Origin: Octopus bimaculoides
Taxonomy: Eukaryota
NCBI RefSeq assembly: GCF_001194135.2
Contig: NC_068986.1
Location: forward strand, 2,388,396 to 2,452,395
Direction: 5' to 3'
DNA: 64,000 nt
Shown here piece after piece: positions 1-12,590 of this stretch (position 1 is its first letter; the number at the start of each line of letters is the position of its first letter). The notes under the pieces were generated by a model that was given only the letters and a program-made list of their open reading frames with translations, searched no databases and was not told where the DNA came from. A program made the translations under genes and the position numbers.

Positions 1-99
1 CTTTTTTTTTATTTGAACACAACTGTTGTATGGTTTTCTTCAATATTAGCTGTGGTATTCTGATTCGAAGTCAATTTAGGGGGATTACTTACCATTTTT

Positions 100-2160
100 T
101 TTGCGACTTCTTCTTAATCCTTTTTGCCCCTTGTGGAACATAGGGTCTCAACAGTTATTTTCCACTTTTTGTGGTCATTGGCGTGTTTCTTGGCTGCTTC
201 CCATGTCAGGCCGGTGGTCCTGAACGCGTCCAAATGCTCCGCTTCCATGTCTGCTTCGGGCGTCCTCGCTTCCTTTTCTTCTGCGGGTTCCAGACAAGTG
301 CTTGTCGTGTCACATTTAAGGATTCTTTCCGCAGTGTGTGTCCGATCCATCTCCATTTCCTTCGTATAATCTGAACATGTATGGGCTCCTGGTTGGTCCT
401 TTCCGACAGGTCGGTGTTTGGCACTCTGTCGAACCACTTCAGATGGAGGATCTGCCGAACAATCTTACGACACTATGTCCCATTTGTTGATGTCCCATTT
501 GTTGATGTCCCATTTGTTGATGTCCCATTTGTTGATGAAGGTCTGGATCTTCTTGTAGTTGCTGCAGGTGGCTCTCCAAGCTTCAGAGCCATACAAAGGC
601 ACAGATTTTATGTTTGAACTAAATAAGCGGAGTTTAGTTCGAGTTGAGATGGCAGTGGACTTCCATACCGGCCGAAGAATAACGAAGGCTTGCCAAGCCT
701 TCTTGCTTCTTGCAGTGATGTCTTCGTCTGATCCACCTGATTTTCTGATCTTGCTGCCAAGATAGACAAACTCACTAACGTCCTCCACAGGTGTCCCTTC
801 GATTGTGATTGGCTCTTCCTGCTTGTTCTTGATACGCAGCACTTTTGTCTTTTCCTGGCTGATCCTCAAGCACACTCACCGTGAAGTTTCTTTCAGGTGG
901 TCTACCTCATCTTGCATGTCTTGCAGGCGATGTGACAGTAGCGCGAGATCATCTGCGTAGTCCAAGTCCTCCAGCTTGTTCATCAGTGTCCACTGAATAC
1001 CTTTTCCGGAGGTAGTGTAGGCCGTCCTGGTGACCTAGTCCAGCACAATGAGGAACAGGAGTGGTGACAACAAACAGCCCTGTCTGACTCCCGTGCTGAC
1101 CCTGAATTCATCCGACAATCTCCCAGCATGGATGACCTAGCAAGAAAATTCCTTGTAGAGTAATCGAATAACACCCACGATCTTCTCTGGCACACCATAG
1201 TGTCGTAAGATGCCCCAGAATGTCTGCCTGTCTACGCTGTCAAATGCCTTTTCAAAGTCGACGAAGCACACGTAGAGTGACGTTTGCCATTCCATTGTAT
1301 GCCNNNNNNNNNNTGCCTGTCTACGCTGTCAAATGCCTTTTCAAAGTCGACGAAGCACACGTAGAGTGACGTTTGCCATTCCATTGTATGCCTGTCCACG
1401 CTGTCAAATGCTTTTTCAAAGTCGACGAAGCACACGTAGAGTGACGTTTGCCGTTCCATTGTCTGCCCCACAATGACTCTGAGCGTTGCAGTCTGGTCCG
1501 TGCATGACGTCATCTCTGAGTTGCTTGTCAATTGTATCTTTCGATCGCTCCGGGATGATTCTTGTAAGGACTTTGCTTCGAATGGAAAGCAAAGTAATTC
1601 CCCTCCACTTTCCGCATTGTGATAAATCCCCACTCTTCGACAGCTTCACCAAAAGACCCTTCTTCCAATCAGTTTGGATCTTCTCTGTCGTCCATACCAG
1701 GTTCAGCACATTGGGCAAATGATCGATCATCTCTTCTCCTCCTGCCTTCAGTGCCTCTGCTGGTATGCCGTCCACTCCTGCCACCTTTAAGCTCTTCACG
1801 GCTTTGCGGATTTCTGGCTTGGTGATTTCTCCAATGTGGATATTGAGCGGGATCCCTGGCTCCAATTTTAGTGGATCTTGAGGTGGAGGGCGGCTAAGTG
1901 TTTCTTGGAAGCGTTCCTTCCATCTCGCCAGTCCGGCCTAGTCCTTTATTGGTCTGACGGGGTTGCCTCTCCTTCCACTCAGTAACCTTATTGTTGCATA
2001 TACTACCATCAAGTCTCCTTTCTTCGCTACTGTTTCCGCTTCATCGGCCACGTCATTGAAGTATGTTTATGTTCTTCTGTCTCTCCTTTGTTTCTTCTTG
2101 ACTTTTCTCACCACCTCACTAGACTTACTGGCGACAGCCTGCTTCTGCTGATGGGCTCTG
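100..2160 (-). mobile_element. RTE-clade LINE, 5'-truncated and decayed (RT domain to 3' end)
   Basis: RT motifs across several frames: AGVDGIPAEALK, WKKGLLVKL..KSGDLSQCGKWRGITLLS, CFVDFEKAFDSVDR, GVRQGCLLSPLLFLIVLD, LEDLDYADDLAL, FVYLGS, LYGSEAW, RKWRWIGHTLR, RGRPKQTW; ends in a short (AAG)n-like tail near 110. Confidence 0.9.
475..534. repeat. 15-bp tandem repeat x4 (atgtcccatttgttg) inside the RTE RT
   Basis: Four exact copies read directly; gives the WDINK repeats in ORF 465..875. Confidence 0.95.
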
Positions 2161-2552
2161 GATTGGTTCGCGGCTTAAAGCCATACAACTTTTTTTCTAA
2201 AAAATACTTTTTAGCGAGGTTTTCACTTAAAGATTCTTCCCAATTTGCATATTCTTTTAAACCTAATTAATCTATACTTTTCTTTTAAAATAACTGAGAT
2301 ATTTTTATTCAAAGTCAATTTTTCGCCTTACTCTCCCCTTTTTAACCTCACCTATTTGACTTTTAAATGAACCTATTTTTTTCAATGAACGAAATTTCAA
2401 TTATTTGATCTCAAAATGTAGTCAAAGATTAGACCATCATCGCTCAAAAAACGCATTCAATTTGGTTGAGAACTGAATTAGTGATGAAGCCTAGAAAATG
2501 CTCGCGAATAACTAAAAGCTGACCTTAATAATATATTCACCCAATACTGTGG

Positions 2553-3000
2553 GTGAATTTTACATATATAGAAATTACACAACTAAATATGGAAAACACA
2601 TATAGAAATTACTCAACTAAATATGGAAAACAAGCTCAGTCGATTTGCAACTGGTATAAGCAATTTAAAGAAACGGAAACGGTGCTACATAAACTTAGAA
2701 TTGGAAGGCCAGGGACATCTAAAGAAGATATTGAACGTATCCGTCAGTCATTTCGACGTTCCCCCATCTTTGTCCATCCGTACTGCTTCCGCTCAACTGA
2801 AGCTATCGAGATCAATAATTCATAAAGTGCTTTATATAAATCTGAGACTTTATGCATATAAAATTCAATTATTGAAAGCAATTAAGGTAACTAACAAACT
2901 GCAACGAAAATAATTTACTGTTACAATCCTGTAAAAAATCAAAGATGACTTCCTTAATCGTATTTGCTTTATAGATGAGGCAACCTTCCACTTCATATCA
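2553..3000 (+). mobile_element. Tc1/mariner-superfamily transposase fragment
   Basis: HTH-like ICNWYKQFKETETVLH..GRPGTS, LSIRTASAQLKLSRS, LRLYAYKIQLL, then ICFIDEATFH (first catalytic Asp motif); frameshifts and stops. Confidence 0.75.
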
Positions 3001-3274
3001 TGTAAACATTTCAGCAGAGTCTAGTTTCCGTTATAATTTTAATAGTTATTTTCTATTTGTCCAATTATTTTGTGGATACTCTGCATTCTAGGTCCGGAAG
3101 AAAGTTCTGTCGCACTTTTGACATTGATCACTATGAAGCGATTTTGGTACCTTTTCAAAGCTTACAGTAAAATAAACATTAAATTTTACGTTTTTATGTT
3201 TTCTTCTTTCTTTGCAGATTACTTTATACCACAGCGGTTAAATTCGTATCGATTTCACTCTTTTAAAATAAGTT

Positions 3275-3460
3275 CCGATCAGACACTGTATGCTTTCTTA
3301 TTTCATAAGTTGTTCTTCTAGAATGGAAGCAGCAAGAAATATTCGTTTTGTCTATGGAAATGAAGCTTTAAGTGTCCGGACATACCAACAACAATTCAGT
3401 TTCAATCAGAAAATCTTTTTCTCGTAGATTCCACTAGATCTGGACAACCAAGTTCTGTCG
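3275..3460 (+). mobile_element. Mariner transposase N-terminal fragment
   Basis: IRHCML...EAARNIRFVYGNEALSVRT...DSTRSGQP resembles the mariner N-terminal HTH region. Confidence 0.65.
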
Positions 3461-3639
3461 ATACTGAGCTCCTTAAAATCCAAAGCAAACTTTATTTAGA
3501 GGGAAAAGAGTTTATCAATTTAGAAGAGATAAATAATACTGAGTGTTTCTTTACTTCCAAACCTGAAGAATTTTACGCCCAAGGGATCCACAATTAGCCA
3601 AATAAATGGCATTACGCTATCAATAATGAGAGAAAATAT

Positions 3640-3853
3640 TGATTTCAAATTCTCGCACAAGACCAGCAATTTTGCGGGAAGGGTCAAGTCGATTAAATCG
3701 ACCACAGTCCTCAACTGGTACTTATTTTATCGAACCCGAAGGGATGAAAGGCAAATTCGACCTCGGTGGAATTTGGATTCAGAACGTAGAGACGGATGAA
3801 ATGCCGCTAAGCATCTTGCCCAGCGTGTTAACGATTCTGCTTGCTCGCCGTCT
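3640..3853 (-). mobile_element. tRNA-derived SINE, family A
   Basis: Reverse complement of the element at 7385-7612; further copies at 14000-14165 and 32105-32323. Confidence 0.75.
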
Positions 3854-4189
3854 TAAATTATGGAAAACATTACCTTGAATTATATGTAATAATTAAACCA
3901 AAGAAGTATTTGCTTGTTTTCCATCTTGAAATGCGACAGGGCTTTCTTTTTNNNNNNNNNNNNNNNNNNNNNNNNNNNNNNNNNNNNNNNNNNNNNNNNN
4001 NNNNNNNNNNNNNNNNNNNNNNNNNNNNNNNNNNNNNNNNNNNNNNNNNNNNNNNNNNNNNNNNNNNNNNNNNNNNNNNNNNNNNNNNNNNNNNNNNNNN
4101 NNNNNNNNNNNNNNNNNNNNNNNNNNNNNNNNNNNNNNNNNNNNNNNNNNNNNNNNNNNNNNNNNNNNNNNNNNNNNNNNNNNNNNNNN

Positions 4190-4246
<57 letters not shown>

Positions 4247-4410
4247 GTATGTCATTGTTCAGTTTTATTTCAAGATTTCTTCCCAATAGAAAAAGAGCCG
4301 ATTTCTAACCTAGATCCAAAGCTCCTTTATTTGAATTTCAACATCAACAGGGTATGTATGTATGTATGTATGTAAGTATGTATGTATGTATGTATGTATG
4401 TATGTATGTG
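4190..4410. repeat. (AT)n and (TATG)n microsatellites next to assembly gap 3952-4189
   Basis: Read directly. Confidence 0.9.
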
Positions 4411-4499
4411 TGTAGATTTGTATATTTTGCTTTATGTATGTATTCTCATGCATATAGTTACATATCTAGACATGCTCATATATATTTAGATGATAAACT

Positions 4500-5330
4500 T
4501 CTAGAAAGTTTTACAAGTTTTTCTGGTTTTGAGAAGCCAAATTTCTCAAGATTGATATTCAGGCAGTGTGTTACATATCCCAGGCCCCAATAATTACTGG
4601 TATAAACGTGAACTTGTAATCTATATAGAGTAACTGTAGATTTCTCAATAGCTCAGCGTAGGTATTCTCTTTTTCACTGATCTTCAGCTTTATGTTAACA
4701 TCCGCTGGGCAGCTAATTTCTCTTCTTTATCCCAAATCATTATATCAGGTTTGTTGTGCTTACATTTTATTCCACCAGTACTCCCTTTTATTAAGAGTAG
4801 CTATGGCTTCCACCATACTGTGGATTTTTATTTCTTTGTCCTCGAGGTTAGCTTCCGACAGATTTCATTGTGGTGTGTCCTAGCTACAACATCACGTCTC
4901 ATCAGTAGATAATATTGTGATGACATTTTCGGACAACTGCTTATGATGTGGATGATATCTTCGGTGTTAACTTCGCAAAGTCTGCATCGGTTGTCACATT
5001 TAGCGGCTTTTCTTGCATCTCTGTCCCTTTTGTGCATCAAGTACTAGGCTGATATTTCCTGTTCCTGGATTGCAAACACATACTTTTCAAAGTGATGAGT
5101 AGCAATCTGGCTATTCGTCCATGATAGACTGCCTTCATGATCAACGATACTATGGTCTCGGATCTTTCTACTAACATGTCCATGCATAGTCTTCTGCTCA
5201 CATAGACTCATCCTTTCATCTGATGATACGTTGCGGTAGAGTCGTGCGACTTCTTCTGGCATGTATTCTAGGTTATCAGTCAAAGAATGTTGATCAAGGA
5301 GTTACCTTCTAAGTTTTATGATGTTATCGG
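4500..5330 (-). mobile_element. R4/Dong-like non-LTR retrotransposon C-terminal fragment (zinc knuckle and REL endonuclease)
   Basis: MHGHVSR..SLSW..YVFAIQEQEI, CRLC..EDIIHIISSC (CCHC), RRDVVA, HNKPDIMIWDK (PD motif), PADVNIKLKISEKENTYAELLRNLQLLY..FIPVIIGA. Confidence 0.75.
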
Positions 5331-5933
5331 CCTCATGTATTCAAACTTGGTCAAGGGATGCACTTCGACACTTGGTTATTAAAAGATGATGCCGAAGGGA
5401 TATGATACGACATTCTGGATCGATGTTAAGCCTCTACTGCCTTATTTTCGTTTTAGGTAGATGCGCTTTACGTCACTGTTTATGTGGAAATTATGTGTGC
5501 TTGTTAGTATTTTTCGGGTTTTCACATAAATGGCTCGGATCTCATCAAGCGTCCAACCAAGCAGCCAAATGTTGGTATGAGTATTGGCACTGCAAATACT
5601 CACATGGGCCACTGTTTTATTGAATGCAGAGAGTTCTGAGGTTCAAATTTTCTTTATTCGGCTGTAATATTCTTTAGTGACACGTGTTTTGTTACAGGTG
5701 CCATTGTAAGATATGGTTATGTATGTATTATATATGTATGTAGGCACGTATGCTGCCAGCTCCTTTTTCCTCTTTCTTGATTCGATTAAATAAAAATACC
5801 AGCCAACTACTGTACTTGGGTATTATGGGCTATAAACCTGCTCCCTACTGAAATAATATTGTGGCTTTTTGCCGGTTAGAAATGTGTATTAAGGCTGCAT
5901 ATGTTGAGAGTTAGATTAATTATCATGAGAGAG

Positions 5934-5936
<3 letters not shown>

Positions 5937-5973
<37 letters not shown>

Positions 5974-5995
5974 NNNNNNNNNNNNNNNNNNNNNN

Positions 5996-6066
<71 letters not shown>

Positions 6067-6140
6067 GGACGGACGGACGGACGGACGGTCGGACGCACAG
6101 ACGCACGGACGCACGAACGAACGAACGAACGAACGGACAG
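5937..6140. repeat. Compound microsatellite (GA)n-(G)n-gap-(GACA)n-(GACG)n-(GAAC)n
   Basis: Read directly. Confidence 0.9.
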
Positions 6141-6479
6141 GCAGGAAGGAAGAACACAATATCAGAAGTCAACTTAGAGTAGCCTCCCTTGCATATAGTC
6201 ATGTATTTCATCCTTTTGTTAACAAAACGAATCTTCTTGGACAGCAACCAACCATACATGAGAGAATATATAAAAGCTGCATCAAGAAAAAGGTTATCCT
6301 GTCCGTTTAATGTTACTTCTTGCATTTTGAAAGAAATTACGGACGAGATGAGAAAGAGACCTTTTAGTAATAATAGATTTGTTTTAGTCTAATTAGGAAC
6401 AGAAGCCGCCATAGGAACTCATTGATCTTCCTGATTCATCATGTCCAAGGGCTTTCTTAACCTTCAACTATTTTGTAGT

Positions 6480-6880
6480 TTAGCGACCTGTTTTATTGAA
6501 TGGCAGAGAGGGAAGCGCTGTCTCGTAGCAAATTTGTTGAAAGGTGGGTGACTGTTGGAAAAATGGCCAGTATGAACGGACCAATTCTGAGGTTACACCT
6601 GTAAAAAAAAAAAAGGTAATATAAAAGGAGAAGGGGCTTTATACCCCTTTTATTTACTGACCAGGCTCCCGTGGCTTTTATGGGTTTTTCCACGTGTAAC
6701 CTTTTAAGCGTCTCCCCCTATTGGGAGTTTTATTTGTTATATCTTTCTCTGTTTTTCTTTGTTTACACGAACGTTTTCTTTTGGGACAAAACCCGTTGTA
6801 ACCTTCGTTCTGTCTTTGTCCTTACATGTTTTTAATTTATATCAGCCCTTGTGGCCAATAAAACAAGAATCAATTATTTA
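6480..6880 (+). mobile_element. Tx1/L1-like LINE 3' end
   Basis: 3' UTR closely similar to 27972-28200 (ttccacgtgtaacc...gtaaccttcgt.ctgtctttgtcct...agcccttgtggccaataaaac); AATAAA at 6857. Confidence 0.7.
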
Positions 6881-7384
6881 GACGTCCCTTACCTCTGTTT
6901 TGCAAAATACAAAGAACAAAAATAAAGCAGATTATTTTAATCAAACAGGAGCTAGTTTTGACAATGATATATATAGTGTGTGGTAAAAGGTTTACTTCTC
7001 AACTATATGGTATTCGGTTCAGTCACGCTGCAAGGCACTTTGGGCGAGTTTCTTCTAAAATAGCCCCAGACAGACCAAAGCCTTGTGAAAGTCATTTGGT
7101 ACACGGAAACTAAAGGAAGCCCATGGTGTGTGTGTGTGTGTTTATATATNNNNNNNNNNTATATATATATATATATATATATACATAATAGATATAATAG
7201 ATAAACATATATATATACATATATATACATAGATATATATACATATACACATATATATATATACATATACATATATACATATACACACATATACATATAT
7301 ACACATATATATACATATATATTCATACAGAGAGACTCGGTTGCTATTTCTAATATGCTGAGCAATCAGTTTAAGGGTTCTCGT

Positions 7385-7612
7385 AAGGTGGCGAGCTGGC
7401 AGAGTCGTTAACGTGCCGGACGAAATGCTTACCGGCATTTTCTCTGTCTTTATGTTCTGAGTTCATATTCCCGCGAGGTCGATTTGCCTTCCATCCTTCC
7501 AGGATCCATGAAACAAGTACCAGTTGAATATTGAAGTCGATGTAATCGACATATCCTCTTCCCCCCCCCCCTCCGAAACTGTTGGCCTTGTACCAAAATC
7601 TGAAACCAATAT
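7385..7612 (+). mobile_element. tRNA-derived SINE, family A
   Basis: Head ggcgagctggcagagtcgtta (A-box-like) and gagttcatattc (B-box-like); multiple copies in the window. Confidence 0.75.
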
Positions 7613-8373
7613 TATTCGATTGTCACGGGAAAGTGTACCAATCGTGACATCTGTTTATAATTAGTGTCAGGGGGAAATAGTTGCACCAATCACTATACTT
7701 GTCTCCCTTAGGGAACAGTTACTTCCCTTGTTGGGACACAAATTTCAGTTCATTTTCAGTGTTTTGTTGACCTCTCCTAAACGAAGACATACATAATTTC
7801 TTTGTGTCTAATGGAGAAACAATTAGTTTCGGCATTTTTATTGTCAGAAATAAATTATTTAATATTGTGTCAGGCTTGTAAGAATATTCTACTGAATTCT
7901 CATTCTGATATTTTTGTAAAACAGTTCCCCCGGTTACTAACATCTTAAAAAAGGAATATTTTTCACATACTGTACAAAGATATCATAGCGTAGCCCAAAA
8001 GCCACGCCAAAATTTACTATATTTTTATATAGTAAATTGTAGCGCTGCATAGGGGCCACTCTATCCCTCCGGAAGCAGTACGGTATTTTCACTCTGATGA
8101 AATTTCAACCCTAATGATAAAAAAAGCCAGTACGTAATGTCTAGTTCTCAAAAATGTTCAACAGAGCAGATGAGATACTTTATTGTAGTCAACTTTCCTT
8201 GTTCAATAAATCGATGTCCGTTCCTCAAGTAGATACATTTAGTCAAGAGTGCAATATAACATGCCTACAGTTTGTTATGTTCAACTCCAACAGCATCTTG
8301 AATTCTTCACGACATTATACACCGTCACCAAGCTCCACACACTAACAAGTTTCTCACCAAAACCAACATCCTA

Positions 8374-8668
8374 TTGCTTCCGCACCTGCCCTATTCACCC
8401 GGTTTAGCACCTGCAAACTTCCATCTCTTCCCCAAGATGAAAATGCAGCTCAAAGGTCATTGTTTTAACACCATTGTTGAGATCCAGAGCAAATCGCCGT
8501 TCCTCAACTCCCTTATGAAAAACGTCTTCCAGACCGAATTTGAAAAGTGGCAGGCATGGGGATACTGGTGTATTGCTGTGCAAGGTGACTATTTCAAAGG
8601 AGACAATGCTAAAACCTGGGATTTTTTATTAAACGTAACTAGTCATTGAACTTTTTGATACCACCTCG
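8374..8668 (+). mobile_element. Mariner transposase C-terminal fragment with right terminus
   Basis: PHLPYSPGLAPANFHLFPKMK..LKG..F and CIAVQGDYFKGD (YSPDLAP motif region), followed by TIR-like gaactttttgataccacctcg. Confidence 0.8.
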
Positions 8669-8753
8669 CATTTCGTTTAAGTGTCTATAAACGTACCAGC
8701 ATAACATCAACTACTTCCTCCATATCGGTTACACTAAGGTAGATTAGTATGTA

Positions 8754-8966
8754 CAAGGAGGTGTTGAAAGGTTCCTGGCTTTAAGGTATCATTAAAGGCC
8801 TAGTTGGAGGACCAGCCTTCTAAGTTCTTTTATAGGGTTTAGAAAAACTGAAGGACTGCTGCAATAAGTGTGTGAATCTGAGAGGGGAATACGTTGAAAA
8901 TCATAATTAACTGATCCTCCTGTATTTTTTTTTACCTAAAACCAGGAACTTTTCAGTACCCCCTTG
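8754..8966. mobile_element. Mariner-type MITE
   Basis: TIRs caaggaggtgttgaaaggttcctgg / ccaggaacttttcagtacccccttg (21/25 matches), TA on both sides. Confidence 0.75.
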
Positions 8967-9438
8967 TATATGTACATACATTTATAAGTCTATGTAGAGA
9001 GAGAAAGAGATGTAGGGTGCCATAGCTCATTGCTGTAAAGAAGAGAGATGTGTTATACATGATGTAATTTAAAACTTCAATGCTGAGTTCAAACTCTGAC
9101 ATATAAATTACTTTTTATCAAATAAATTTAATGAAGTAAGACAAAAACAACACTGACTGGTTGATGAGAATGACAAGAATTACTTTCTAGTCATCTTTAT
9201 TAGCAATACCATTAAAAAGTGAAACAAGATGAACCCTTTTAAAAACCTCAAATCTGTGTTTCACCAAAACAGGCACAGAAAACAAAGTAGATATGAAGTA
9301 ACTTAGAAAATAATCCACTTATACATATTTACAGAGATTGAAATACAAGAGGAGCAACACACAACTGCACACACATCAATAGTTAGTCAGAGGGAAAGAA
9401 AGATACACACACGCACACACATATACACACACACACAT

Positions 9439-9473
<35 letters not shown>

Positions 9474-10487
9474 CATTCATGCATTCACATACACACATAC
9501 TTCAAATACACCAGTTTTCACTTTGAATAAAAGCAGAATGGTCATTTTCCTATATGAAATCCTCTTTCAAAAATGTCACCTGATTATACAATGGAATGAT
9601 GTATGGGAACAAAAATGTGGGCGCATTATGTAATATGTGGTTGCCACAAAGCAACCAACTTTGAGCAGGGGTGCGCAGGTGAAGCCTGACTGCAGTAAAA
9701 TATAAGGAGTGCTGCACAGATTCATAGCAGTTGTTGTTGATGTTGTTACAGCATGAGAACAGAGAGAGAGAGTTACTAATAAATGTAATTAACACACAGA
9801 AGTAATTTTCTTAAATAAAAACAAAAAACATTGAGAAAAGTAAAGCATGACTGAGTATTACAGGCAGAGAAAAAGGAAACATTACTGACCATTTCAAAAG
9901 AAAAAGAAACATTTTGTTAGCAGAAAAATAAAACAAATAAGAAAGAAAAAAAAGCTTTAGTTATCAGCACAGAGAGAAAAAAAAAAGCTTTAATAAATAT
10001 TTTAGAGAAGTTTCTTTGAATTTTTAATAACAAAAAAAAATGTTGCAGTTTGAGATAAATAAAGGATGAAAAAAAGTCGTTTTGAAAATAAAATGAGGAA
10101 AAAAAAAAATCGCAAATGGCGGTAAAAGAAACAAAAAATTATAAAGCCCAATGCATTTCATCAACTGCTTTGTGATAGCAGGGATTGAATAATTTGTAGC
10201 TAAACATTTGTGACTGTTAGCACTGTCTGTCACCAAAGTGGACCTTTGGAATCGTCTGTGACCATATTCCTCAAGCAGAAATATTAATTCCCTCTTCTAG
10301 GTCTTCACTAATTGCAGATGAAGGTCGAGTTTGTTTTTCTGTTGGAATACAAAGATTATATTGTGAGTGAGAGGTATCAACTGTCTCGTCTTAACTGCAG
10401 CAGCAAAGGAATAAGCTAGCAGTCGCAGCAGTTCAAATCGCTGAGAATTGAAAGGTTACCAGCTGGCCAAATAAGAGACAGAAATAC

Positions 10488-10870
10488 TTGACCAACTTTT
10501 GATTTACTATTTGACCTATTGATGGTCAAACAACTGACCAGTTGGTATAACACTTAACCCATTTGATTATCAATTGTTTGACCACTTGATGAGTGACCAT
10601 TTGACCAACAGATATTTGACAAGCGATGATCAATCATTTGATAATGTGTATTTGACCAAGTAATTCTCTCTCATTTGCCCACTCGATGGTCAAACATTTA
10701 ATATTAGAATATCAAGTGTTAATGATATCACATTTAACCACTTGATGGTCTAAGCAATTAACTGATATATTGTCCAACCAGCTGATAATCTCTATCTGAC
10801 CAAGTGATATTTTTGTTATTTGACAAGTTGATATCAGTGGTCTCTATTTGACCAATTGATGATCTATTGT
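10488..10870. repeat. Degenerate palindromic minisatellite (TTTGACCA..TGGTCAAA units)
   Basis: More than 12 TGACC/GGTCA-like motifs in ~380 bp. Confidence 0.6.
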
Positions 10871-11499
10871 TGTGAATTACTGGAACAGTTAAGGTCAGAT
10901 GAATTAGCATGACATACAGAAGTAACTTTTGACCGAAACCACTGAACTACCAAACATCTGAAGTCAACCAAAATTATCTGCAGAAGTGTTTCTTCTTCTG
11001 CAATGTAGAATACAGAGGGGAGGGGCAAAAAATAAAAAGTCGAGGGGGAGAGAGAGAGAGAGGCAGACAAGAAGAGAGAGGAAATAGAGTATGGGAAAGA
11101 ATGAGGGGAAAGACAAGTAAAAGGTTAAGAGAGAAGCTAAGCTAGTCGAGAGGGAAAAGAGTAGACTTATAAGAGATAAAAAGAGGCCATTAGTTAAAAC
11201 TGAAATCTGAAAAGCATAAGAAACCAAGCTAAGATGGAGAACCAAAAGATTGCTCTCATTCGAAGCACTCTAGCAGAGAAATCAGGAGCATAGAGATGAA
11301 GGAGGTTTGTGTTCAGTTGTGCTTTAGCATTTATCACAGTGTATTAAATCAAACCTCATTTCCCCTTTCACTCACTCACTCACACACTTTTAGCTGGAAT
11401 AGCTAATAAATACACGCAAGTGTATGTGAACATGCAAGCATGCGTATACAAATGCATGAGAATGTACACACAAAAGCTTTCTTACATGCTTCAAAATAT

Positions 11500-11501
11500 A
11501 T

Positions 11502-11541
<40 letters not shown>

Positions 11542-11768
11542 NNNNNNNNNNCACACACATATTATACACACACACACATACATACATTCCCTTTGTCTCT
11601 CACTCTCTCTCTTTCTCTCTCACATGTATATAGACATACAATTGCATGTAGACAAACATGTAGAGACAGAAGAAAGGGGTAGGTCTGCAAATGTTTTAAA
11701 TTAATCACGCCATTAATCACGCCTCAAATCTGATGGAAACAAATTGCACACACACACACGCGCACACA

Positions 11769-11813
<45 letters not shown>

Positions 11814-11843
11814 AAGTGTGTGTGTGTGTGTGTGGTGTGTGAA

Positions 11844-11891
<48 letters not shown>

Positions 11892-11911
11892 CGTTTATGT
11901 GCTTGAGTGTA

Positions 11912-11957
<46 letters not shown>

Positions 11958-11960
11958 ATG
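11500..11960. repeat. (AT)n, (CA)n, (GT)n and (GA)n microsatellite cluster
   Basis: Read directly. Confidence 0.9.
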
Positions 11961-12526
11961 TGCATGTGCACATGTGAATGCCCACATGTATGTTGTGCAT
12001 GCAAGTATATATTTGTGTGATTTCAGAGTTCAGTCCCTGCCCCTTCACATTAAAATGGCACCCTAAACCAAACTGCCACGATAATAGTTCTACATCTCTA
12101 ACAAATTTACAAGTCAACTCTTTCAAATACATTTGGGCTTTGTTGTTGTTATTTCTTTATCTGAAACTTTTTTTTTTTTTTTCCTTCCATCAAATTCACA
12201 AGTCTTTTCTTAATAGCCAGCATCGTCTCCCTTCATTTCCCTACTCCATGTTTCTTTTTTTATTCTTTTTTTCTTTGTACATTCCAAGTATTTACCATAT
12301 TGTTTCGGTTTTCTTTGAATGTTTACCTTCTTCCAAAATTCCTTCACTGTGGCAAGAGATTTGATCAGTTCCTCAACAGCATTAAAAAAAAAAAAGTTTA
12401 AAAAATACAAATAAAACAATTACAGCTGTTTCCAAAATTCCAATGTCCACTGCTTGGAGAGAAAATCCACCTCTGCTAGTTTGGTTTTTCTTTCTTTTTT
12501 TCTTTCTTTCTTTCTAAGTAGAGTTC

Positions 12527-12590
12527 TTAGCCTGTTGAGTTGCTTGGCTTTGTAATCACATTGTTGGTTGTCATGACGCGCAGTTCCCAC
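12527..12590 (-). CDS. KLHDC3: Kelch domain-containing protein 3, exon 10 (last coding exon)
   Basis: Acceptor ttgcag; (R)WELRVMTTNNVITKPSNSTG*; phase 2 matches exon 9. Confidence 0.93.

Noticed and set aside
1228-1450. Triplicated ~70-80 bp CFVDFEKAFDSVDR segment
   Set aside because: Spans an N gap; probably a scaffolding overlap artefact, at least in part
7385-7470. tRNA-like A/B boxes here and at 19041 and 15743
   Set aside because: No cloverleaf; these are heads of multicopy SINEs, not tRNA genes
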